From assembly GCA_963667255.1 (NCBI GenBank), contig OY762940.1:159485-223484 (forward strand): a DNA stretch of 64,000 bases, given 5' to 3'. The notes under the pieces are model-generated. The model was not told the DNA's origin, made no database searches, and saw only the letters and a list, made by a program, of their open reading frames with translations. The number at the start of each line of letters is the position of its first letter. Position 1 is the first letter of the stretch. Positions 10,776 through 19,362 of the stretch are shown piece by piece. The position numbers and the translations under genes were made by a program. The DNA is from Candidatus Cloacimonadota bacterium. GTDB lineage: Bacteria; Cloacimonadota; Cloacimonadia; G963667145.

Positions 10776-11686
10776 AAACATTTCTCTGCAAAATCCAAGG
10801 CGGCTCCCATGCTCCCCGCATCAGCCAGATTCTTCCCTGCGATGTCGTAACCCGTTCCGTGGTCAACAGATGTGCGAACAAACGGCAACCCCAAAGTCGT
10901 GTTGACGCCCTGCCCCTTGGAGAGCATCTTAAACGGCACTAACCCTTGGTCGTGATAGGCGGAGATAATCATTTGGTATTTCTGGGCGTGATAAGCGAAA
11001 AAAGTATCAGCGGGAAAAGGTCCGTCAATCGTGATGCTCTCCGCACACTCCAGCTCACTCAGCCAAATTCTTATCTCCTCATCGACAGTGCCAAAAGCCC
11101 CTTTTTCCCCAGCGTGCGGATTGACAGCAAGCATAGCGAACCTCGGATTGTGCAAAATCTTCCTCGTCTGCCGATAAATAACCCGTATCTTCTCCTTGAA
11201 AAAATCCTCGCTCATGCTCCTCTCTATCGCCGACAATGGCAGATGTGTAGTGAGCAAAGCCAGATTGAAATGCGGTCCGAAGAAACTCATGGCAAACTCG
11301 TTGGTGTTTCCGGCAAAAAATTCCGTGTGCCCAATGAAGTCGGGCATGCTGAGTTGGATAGCCTCTTTGCTGATAGGAGCAGTAACGACGGCATCTATCG
11401 CCTTTTGGTCGGCGACAACCTGTTGCAAAATCCGCAAGCTGTAAGCCCCCGAAGACTTGCTGGGAACGCCCATAGTGCAGTTCGGCACTCCGAAGTCCAA
11501 ATGGTAGAGCTTCCCCGAGGTGTTCGCTTGGGAGATATTCACGATTTTTTCGACTTCCAAATCGGGAGTTTGCCCGTAGATGACATAGGCGACATCGGGG
11601 TGCAACTTGCGAGATTTGAACGCTTTCTCGATGACCTCCAAGCCAATGCCGGCGGGGTCTCCCTGAGTGATGACGATTTTTTTCAT
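10748..11686 (-). CDS. pdxA: 4-hydroxythreonine-4-phosphate dehydrogenase
   Basis: GDPAGIG, TAPISK, GHTEF, NPHAGE, GPFPADT, YHDQG, RTSVDHGT. Confidence 0.95.
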   Translation of the reverse strand: MKKIVITQGDPAGIGLEVIEKAFKSRKLHPDVAYVIYGQTPDLEVEKIVNISQANTSGKLYHLDFGVPNCTMGVPSKSSGAYSLRILQQVVADQKAIDAVVTAPISKEAIQLSMPDFIGHTEFFAGNTNEFAMSFFGPHFNLALLTTHLPLSAIERSMSEDFFKEKIRVIYRQTRKILHNPRFAMLAVNPHAGEKGAFGTVDEEIRIWLSELECAESITIDGPFPADTFFAYHAQKYQMIISAYHDQGLVPFKMLSKGQGVNTTLGLPFVRTSVDHGTGYDIAGKNLADAGSMGAALDFAEKCLHLHKCKSN

Positions 11687-12846
11687 GTGAGGATATTTTT
11701 CACTTCCATATTCTTTATTCGCCTCAGCGACCAGTTAATCGCCAAGTAGATTATCAGATTGCTCACGATAAAAATCAGCAAGAACGAATGCCAATTGAAC
11801 GAGGACTGGATGTTGGAAATCAGATACACGCTCTGGTCGAGGAGGTAGATTGTTTGCTTGGAGAGGATGTATCCGCCGAGGTAGCCGAGCAGTTGACCGA
11901 GGACTATGCCGATAATGGCGATGAAGAGGATTTTGAGGAGAAAGAATTTCCTGATAACTCGGTGGCTCAGCCCGAATGAGCGAAAAATCCCGATTTCCTC
12001 TTTTCGCGAGATGATGAACACCAAGACATTGTTGACCACGCCGAACGAAGCGACTATCACCAGCAGCGACAGCACGAGGAAGAGCATAAATTTCTGGAAT
12101 TGGAGGAAGTTGAAAAACTGTCGGTTGTAAGCGTCCCAAGGCTCTACGCCGTAAAATTCTCGTTGCAATCTCGCCACCATCTTGTCCAAATCGTGCGGAT
12201 TTTTCAGCCGAAGCCCCGTGCAGATAGTGGGATTTTTCTCCGCAAACACTTGAGTAAATTCGTCCATCGGCAAAAAAGCGGTATTTTCATCGTGTTGCGA
12301 GAAACCGCTGAAGTAGATGCCGACGACGGTAAACGGCTTCTTCTCGTAAAAAATCCCCATAGGCGTGAACTTGGGCGTGAACGAAGAGCTGAGGAAAATC
12401 TTGTCGCCGACTCTCGCCTGCAACTCATCAGCCAGAGATTTGCCAAGCACAATCTGCTCGGGTGCGGTAAACTCGCCGGTTCCACCTTGGATAAAATCGT
12501 CGTAAGCAAATGGGACTTTGTGCGGAATAATCCCCTGCACCAAGCAAGATTTGCTGTATTCGCCCGAGGTCAACAAAGCTCCCGCATAGCCGACTTCGGA
12601 ATATTCGGCGATTTCGGGGAACTTGGAGAGGTCGAGATTGCTTTCGTAAATGGTAATCTCGGGGGCGATATTGGAGAAAAGTTGCTTGAGGGCTTTTTGG
12701 TAACCGTCGAAGATGCTCATAGCACAGGTCAGCACGGCTACGGACAACAAGATGCCCACCATCATGAAGCCGAAATCGAAGTTCAGCCATTTCTTGTGCT
12801 TTAGGTCGAAGTAATCTCTTATCAGGTAGAGGACGATTTTATTCAT
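11683..12846 (-). CDS. LolC/E-family ABC transporter permease
   Basis: N-terminal TM, MacB-like periplasmic domain, FtsX-type C-terminus (RKEEIGIFRSFG, VYLIS). Confidence 0.85.
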   Translation of the reverse strand: MNKIVLYLIRDYFDLKHKKWLNFDFGFMMVGILLSVAVLTCAMSIFDGYQKALKQLFSNIAPEITIYESNLDLSKFPEIAEYSEVGYAGALLTSGEYSKSCLVQGIIPHKVPFAYDDFIQGGTGEFTAPEQIVLGKSLADELQARVGDKIFLSSSFTPKFTPMGIFYEKKPFTVVGIYFSGFSQHDENTAFLPMDEFTQVFAEKNPTICTGLRLKNPHDLDKMVARLQREFYGVEPWDAYNRQFFNFLQFQKFMLFLVLSLLVIVASFGVVNNVLVFIISRKEEIGIFRSFGLSHRVIRKFFLLKILFIAIIGIVLGQLLGYLGGYILSKQTIYLLDQSVYLISNIQSSFNWHSFLLIFIVSNLIIYLAINWSLRRIKNMEVKNILT

Positions 12847-12899
12847 AAGAGCTGTTTGGATTTTTGGATTTATTGTGTCAATAATTTAGCAAAGCAATT

Positions 12900-13640
12900 G
12901 GCAATTAGCGGTTGAGATGCCCTCATACTCACGGAAGCAACTGCTGACTCCCCAGCCCCCCTGAGCAAAACAAAAAAAACACTGGCGAGTTACCAACTCG
13001 TCAGTGCTCCGCAATTATTCATTATTCATTTTTCATTTTTATTTATTATCTATTCCTCTCCCTGCTCCTCTCAGTCTTTTCTCTTTCTTATTCGTTCTCT
13101 TACAGAGGGTCTCCTCTTTACTTTTTGACCGCTCAAAAAGAAAGAGGAGGGAAAGAAAAAACCGCTCTGACCACATAGTAGCAGTCGCTGCGAGTCGCCA
13201 GTATAGAAACAAGTCCAGCGTGCTCCCGTGTCCTCTTTAAGCGTTGTTATCTGTTTGGATTTGCTTTGCAGATAACAGATAGATATTTAAGACTGCTCCT
13301 AAAGGCGTTCAGAGTTTTACCATCTCAGCCCACCAAGCAACTGCTCTGTTCCTGTGCCAAAACTCAAACGACAGCTCGGCGTAGCCAAGCACAATTCTTT
13401 CATCTCGTTCCCAAGCTCCAGCCAAGCACAATTTCATTATGCTTGACAGACTTGGGAATGCATACGGGAAGAAACAACTGCTGACTCCCCAGTCCCCCTG
13501 AGCAAAACAAAAAAAAACACTGGCGAGTTACCAACTCGCGTGCTCCGCAATTATTCATTATTCATTTTTTTTTTTTTATTTATTCCTCTCCCTGCTCCTC
13601 TCCCCAATAATTATCAATTATCAATTATCCATTACACTCC
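12900..13640. repeat. Intergenic hairpin mosaic 2
   Basis: Two copies of GCAACTGCTGACTCCC...CACTGGCGAGTTACCAACTCG (~12937, ~13475), hairpin 13111-13149, expanded REP 13404-13465, heptamers. Confidence 0.85.
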
Positions 13641-13644
13641 TAAC

Positions 13645-16600
13645 CTATGGATAATTACTCAGTGTCACATCGGTAGCGACACAATTATTAACAGTGCCAC
13701 TACTCTTCAAACCAACAGTGGTTGACCTATCAGAAGGAGCCTTAACAATTCCATTAGTAGCAATGAGATCAGATACAGTAACACTTACAAGCTGTCCTAT
13801 CAAACCACCTGCGACCCTAGTGGTGGCGGTAACATTAAGCCGAGTAATCGAGGAATTAGAAAAAGGTTGTTGACAATACCCGAAGAATCCCCCAGCGCAT
13901 TCGGCAGCTGTGACAACGGCACTGTCCACCGTGCAAGAGGTAACCTGAGCAGTTGCATGATAGGCAGATCCTACCAACCCTCCAGCATACTTGTTCGTAG
14001 CTGTAACAGTCACATAGTAGGCTGTATCACTGCTCAATGCTCCAGTGTTATATCCAATAAATCCGCCTACATATCTAAAACCCGTAGCGGTTACACTGTC
14101 AACTCTGCTATTAGACACAGCTCCCTCATTTTTTCCAATCAAACCACCTGCGTCTGCTTCCGATATCGAGGCACTTTTAACTACTATCCGAGTAGCCGAG
14201 CACAAACTAATTGCCGATAGATTATGCCCGATGAGTCCGCCAACAGTGTTATTAGCTGTGACAGAGGCACTGTCCACCGTGCAGGAGGTAATATTTCCTG
14301 TCTTACTACCGCCGAGCAAACCGCCGACACATTGCCAACCCTTAGCGGTTACACTGTCAACCCTGCTATTAGAAACAACTCCAGTGTTATATCCGAGCAA
14401 GCCACCTGCGTATGCATTATCTGATGCTATTTTAGCTTCAACCACTACCCGAGTAGCCGAGCACAAACTAATTGCCGATGCATTATTCCCGATGAGTCCG
14501 CCGGCATAGTTGCCCGTAGCTGTGACAGTGGCACTGTCCACCTTGCAGGATGTAATCGCTCCTGTCTGACTATAGCCGAGCAAGCCACCGACATATTGAT
14601 CACCCGTAGCGGTTACACTGTCAACCCTGCTATTAGAAACAGCTCCAGTGTTATATCCGAGCAATCCGCCGACATAGTTCTTCGTAACTGTGACTGTCGT
14701 GTTGGATGCAGTATCTTTGGTCAATATTCCAAAGTTCTTGCCGATGAGTCCGCCGGTATGGCTATAACCTTTAACGGTTGCATTGTCAACCCTGCTATAA
14801 GATACATTTTTTTCATTATATCCGAGCAAGCCTCCTACAGTACCCGCGTTATCAGCGGTAGAGGTAACTACTATCCGAGTAGCCGAGCACGAACTAATTT
14901 CCGAGTCATTATACCCAATGAGTCCGCCAACAGTGTTATTAGCTGTGACAGAGGCACTGTCCACCGTGCAGGAGGTAATATTTCCTGTCTTACTACCGCC
15001 GAGCAAACCGCCGACACATTGCCAACCCTTAGCGGTTACACTGTCAACCCTGCTATTAGAAACAACTCCAGTGTTATATCCGAGCAAGCCACCTGCGTAT
15101 GCATTACCTGATGCTATTTTAGCTTCAACTACTACCCGAGTAGCCAAGCACGAACTAATTGTCGATGCATTATTCCCGATGAGTCCACCTGCGTATTGAT
15201 TCGTAGCTGTGACAGAGGCACTGTCCACCGTGCAAGAGGTAACAGAAGCTGCCACACCGATATATCCGACCAAACCGCCGGCACTGGTGTCCGTAACTGT
15301 AACTCGCACACTATCAACCCTGCATCCGTTAAGAATAGCAGAGGCACTACCAATAGTCCCGACCAAACCACCGGCATTTTTTAGAGCATTCACAGTCAGG
15401 TTTGACCCAGAGCTATTTGTGATAGATTTCTCAGTTTGCCCAACCAATCCTCCCACTGCTTCGTTCCCAGATACAGTCACCTCTCTCACCAAGCAAATGT
15501 CGATAGTTGCATTATTATACCCTACGAGTCCACCAGTATATGAAGTAGCTGTGACTGTCGTGTTGGATGCGGTATCTCTGGTCAAAGTTCCAGTGTTATT
15601 ACCAATAAAACCACCGACATGTTGATAACCCGTAGCGGTTACATTGTCAACATTGCTATGGGAAACAGCTCCAGTGTTCTTTCCGACCAAACCACCTGCG
15701 TATAGATTGCTTGAGGCATTGCCAACGCTAACCACTATCCGAGTAGCCGAGCATGTATCAATTTTCGATTCATTATGCCCGATGAGTCCGCCAGCATAGC
15801 TGGTCGTAGCTGTGACAGAGGCACTGTCCACCGTGCAGGAAGTAATATCTCCTGTCGCACTATAGCCGAGTAAACCGCCTGCTCTGTCGTTCGTAGCTGT
15901 GACTCGCACATAAGATGCGGTATCTCTGGTCAAAGCTCCAGTGTTATATCCAATAAATCCGCCTACAAACGCATAACCCGTAGCAGTTACACTGTCAACT
16001 TTGCTACCAGACACAGTTCCAGTGTTCTTTCCGAGCAAGCCTCCTACAACACCCGCGTTATTGTTAACTTTTACTACTACCCGAGTAGCCGAGCACGAAT
16101 TAATTGTCGATTCATTATTCCCGATGAGTCCACCTGCGTGTTGATTCATAGCTGTGACAGAGGCACTGTCCACCGTGCAGGAAGTAATCGCTCCTGTTTT
16201 ACTATAGCCGAGCAAACCACCGACATATTGATAACCCGTAGCGATTACAGTGTCAACTTTGCTATTAGATACAGCACCAGTATTATATCCGAGCAAACCA
16301 CCTGCGTATTGATTGCCTGTGGCATTGCCAACGCTAACCACTACCCGAGTAGCCGAGCACAAACTAATTGCCGATGCATTATTCCCGATGAGTCCGCCGG
16401 CATAGCTGCCCGTAGCTGTGACTCGCACATAAGATGCGGTGTCGCTGGTCAATATTCCACTGCTCATACCGATAAATCCGCCGATAAATTGATTACCCGT
16501 AGCGGTTACAGTGTCAACTTTGCTATTAGATACAGCTCCAGTGTTATGTCCGAGCAGACCACCTGCGTATTGACCGCCACAGCCAACCACTACCCGAGTA

Positions 16601-18300
16601 GCCGAGCACGAATTAATTGTCGATTCATTCTTCCCGATGAGTCCACCGGCATGGCTGGTCGTAGCTGTGACAGAGGCACTGTCCACCGTGCAGGAGGTAA
16701 CAGAAGTTACCTGACTGATATGTCCGACCAAACCTCCGGCATAGCTGGTCGTAGCTGTGACTCGCACACTATCAACCCTGCATCCGCTAAGAATAACAGA
16801 AGAACTATTAATAACCCCGACCAAACCACCTGCATTATTACCAGCTTTCACAGTCAGGTTTGACCCAGAGCTATTTGTGATAGATTTCTCAGTTTTCCCA
16901 ACCAGTCCTCCCACTATTTCGTTCATAGCTGTGGCAGTTATCCCTCTCACCAAGCAATTGTCGATAGTTCCACCACTATACCCTACGAGTCCACCAACAT
17001 AGCTGGTCGTAGCTGTGACAGTCGTGTTGGAGGCGGTATCTCTGGTCAAAGCTCCAGAGTTATAACCAATAAATCCGCCTACAAACGCATAACCCGCAGC
17101 GGTTACACTGTCAACTTTGCTATAAGATACAGCTCCAGTGTTCTTTCCGAGCAAGCCTCCTACAATACCCGCGTTTTCGTTAACTTTAGCTACTATCCGA
17201 GTAGCCGAGCAGGAGTCAATTTTCGATTCATTATTCCCGATGAGTCCACCTGCGCATTGATTCACAGCTGTGACAGAGGCACTGTCCACCGTGCAGGATG
17301 TAATATTTCCTGTCTGACTACCGCCGAGCAAACCACCGACATCTCGATAACCCGTAGCGATTACAGTGTCAACTTTGCTATTAGATACAGCACCAGTATT
17401 AAATCCGAGCAAACCACCTGCGTATTGACTGCCTGTGGCATTGCCAACGCTAACCACTACCCGAGTAGCCGAGCAGGAGTCAATTTTCGAGGAACTCCCC
17501 CCGATGAGTCCACCGGCATTGCTGCCCGTAGCTGTGACATTTATTCCTATCACCGAGGATCTTTCCACAGTCCCCGCTGAATACCCGATCAAACCACCTA
17601 TATTGTTCACACCGGCAATTGCAATAGATGCCTCAGTAGAAGGTCTGACATGGCAGTTCCGCACCACTCCACCACTCGGGAGACTATCCACCAAAATTCC
17701 CCTATTGCTACCAGTAGTAGTAGTAACAATTTTCTTTATCTCAAGAGTAAGATTGAGGACAGTATCTATATCGTGAAAAAATCCGTAGCTACTACTGATG
17801 TTGGGATGATTTTTAAGACTAACATTAGAAATGGTATGTCCACCACCGTCAAACACCTTGATGCCACTAAAGGAATAAATAGTATCTGTCAGATTTATAT
17901 CACTCTTCAGAGTCACTTTATACGGTTTATACTTCCCAAATAAAGCCTTAAATTCATCATTGCTATTAATAGTCAGCTCCACACTAAGAGGGATGTAAGT
18001 CTCCTGACCTGACCGCTGATATGGGAGAGCCTTGCTACCGGCGGGGCGTAGCCACGGAGTGCCCTTGCTACCGGTGGTGCTGGTATTAATCCCCCAGCCT
18101 AAACCATTCCAAAAAGCATCTGACTGCAACTCATCTTTCGTCTTGGGAGAACCATTTTGAGCAGCAGCCAGCAGAGCGTTGCCAGTCGGCACGGCACTGC
18201 TACGGTAAAGAGACTCTATGTCTATATCCACCGCAAAAGCGGATAAGAAACAGACACTCAAACATATTAAACTGAAAATCTTTTTTAAATTCACGGACAT
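13645..18300 (-). CDS. Large secreted GLUG-motif repeat protein A (~1550 aa)
   Basis: Signal peptide (KKIFSLICLSVCFLSAFA), FDGGGHTISN cap, dozens of (A/V)GG(L/F)(I/L/V)G repeats; GGAGGAG RBS favours a start at 18300 or GTG 18294. Confidence 0.85.
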   Translation of the reverse strand: MSVNLKKIFSLICLSVCFLSAFAVDIDIESLYRSSAVPTGNALLAAAQNGSPKTKDELQSDAFWNGLGWGINTSTTGSKGTPWLRPAGSKALPYQRSGQETYIPLSVELTINSNDEFKALFGKYKPYKVTLKSDINLTDTIYSFSGIKVFDGGGHTISNVSLKNHPNISSSYGFFHDIDTVLNLTLEIKKIVTTTTGSNRGILVDSLPSGGVVRNCHVRPSTEASIAIAGVNNIGGLIGYSAGTVERSSVIGINVTATGSNAGGLIGGSSSKIDSCSATRVVVSVGNATGSQYAGGLLGFNTGAVSNSKVDTVIATGYRDVGGLLGGSQTGNITSCTVDSASVTAVNQCAGGLIGNNESKIDSCSATRIVAKVNENAGIVGGLLGKNTGAVSYSKVDSVTAAGYAFVGGFIGYNSGALTRDTASNTTVTATTSYVGGLVGYSGGTIDNCLVRGITATAMNEIVGGLVGKTEKSITNSSGSNLTVKAGNNAGGLVGVINSSSVILSGCRVDSVRVTATTSYAGGLVGHISQVTSVTSCTVDSASVTATTSHAGGLIGKNESTINSCSATRVVVGCGGQYAGGLLGHNTGAVSNSKVDTVTATGNQFIGGFIGMSSGILTSDTASYVRVTATGSYAGGLIGNNASAISLCSATRVVVSVGNATGNQYAGGLLGYNTGAVSNSKVDTVIATGYQYVGGLLGYSKTGAITSCTVDSASVTAMNQHAGGLIGNNESTINSCSATRVVVKVNNNAGVVGGLLGKNTGTVSGSKVDSVTATGYAFVGGFIGYNTGALTRDTASYVRVTATNDRAGGLLGYSATGDITSCTVDSASVTATTSYAGGLIGHNESKIDTCSATRIVVSVGNASSNLYAGGLVGKNTGAVSHSNVDNVTATGYQHVGGFIGNNTGTLTRDTASNTTVTATSYTGGLVGYNNATIDICLVREVTVSGNEAVGGLVGQTEKSITNSSGSNLTVNALKNAGGLVGTIGSASAILNGCRVDSVRVTVTDTSAGGLVGYIGVAASVTSCTVDSASVTATNQYAGGLIGNNASTISSCLATRVVVEAKIASGNAYAGGLLGYNTGVVSNSRVDSVTAKGWQCVGGLLGGSKTGNITSCTVDSASVTANNTVGGLIGYNDSEISSCSATRIVVTSTADNAGTVGGLLGYNEKNVSYSRVDNATVKGYSHTGGLIGKNFGILTKDTASNTTVTVTKNYVGGLLGYNTGAVSNSRVDSVTATGDQYVGGLLGYSQTGAITSCKVDSATVTATGNYAGGLIGNNASAISLCSATRVVVEAKIASDNAYAGGLLGYNTGVVSNSRVDSVTAKGWQCVGGLLGGSKTGNITSCTVDSASVTANNTVGGLIGHNLSAISLCSATRIVVKSASISEADAGGLIGKNEGAVSNSRVDSVTATGFRYVGGFIGYNTGALSSDTAYYVTVTATNKYAGGLVGSAYHATAQVTSCTVDSAVVTAAECAGGFFGYCQQPFSNSSITRLNVTATTRVAGGLIGQLVSVTVSDLIATNGIVKAPSDRSTTVGLKSSGTVNNCVATDVTLSNYP

Positions 18301-18424
18301 CTCCTCCATTGAAACGGACACTATAACCGCAAGGAAGTAAGGTCGGTAAAAAAGTCAACAAATTTTTATAGATGTTTATTTCAGTGCAAGTTGAGCTATG
18401 TGATTTGTATGGTTTTTGGGGATT

Positions 18425-19362
18425 TTGGGGGATTTTGTTCTCGTTCCTCTCTCCCCCTCATACCCGTGGAAACGGGTATCCATTCTCGTTTTCGTGCTTC
18501 GTCCTCTCACCTGCTCTCTCCGAAAAAATTATCCATTATCAATTATCACTTGTCAATTGCACTTTGGGAATGCATACGGGAAGAAACAACTGCTGATGTT
18601 CCGTCCACTCCCCTTCTGGATTCCCGCCTACGCGGGAATGAGGGGGGAGGTGTGGGAATGAGGAGGGTGGTGCAGGAATGAGGTGAGGAGGGACGGAACA
18701 AAAAAAGCACTGGCGAGTTCCCAACTCGTCAGTGCTCCGCAATTATTCATTATTCATTCTTATCTTTTATTTACTCTTCTCCCTGCTCCTCTTCGTCCTC
18801 TCGCTTGCTCTCTCCAAAAAAATTATCCATTATCACTTATTAATTATCAATTGCACTTGCACTTGTGCGGGTATCCATTCTTGGCTCGTTCCTCTGACCA
18901 CATCTGACCACTAAAATGTAGCCTCTAAGATTAACTTTATTTGTATGCATTCCCAAGCCTGTCAAGCATAATGAAATTGTGCTTGGCTGGAGCTTGGGAA
19001 CGAGGAGGGTATGGGCTTCTTGCTGTTCTTCGTCCCCTCGCTTGCTCCTCTCCAAAAAAATTATCCATTATCACTTATTAATTATCAATTGCTCTTGCAC
19101 TTGTGCGGGTATCCATTCTTGTTTTCGTGCTTCGTCCTCTTACTTGCTCCTCTCCAAAAAAATTATCCATTATCAATTATCACTTGTCAATTGCACTTGT
19201 GCGATGTGTCCCAATCCACTCCCCTTCTGGATTCCCGCCTACGCGGGAATGAGGGGGGAGGTGTGGGAATGAGGGCGGGTGTGCGGGAACGAGGTGAGGC
19301 GAGAAGAACAAAAAAAATAGACGAATGCGTTTCGCAATCGTCTATTTTATCAATCAATTATC
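18425..19362. repeat. Intergenic hairpin mosaic 3 (largest)
   Basis: dRS3-like palindromes at 18460, 18620, 19231; expanded REP 18943-19004; CACTGGC hairpin; heptamer runs; G-rich 20-mer repeats. Confidence 0.9.
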
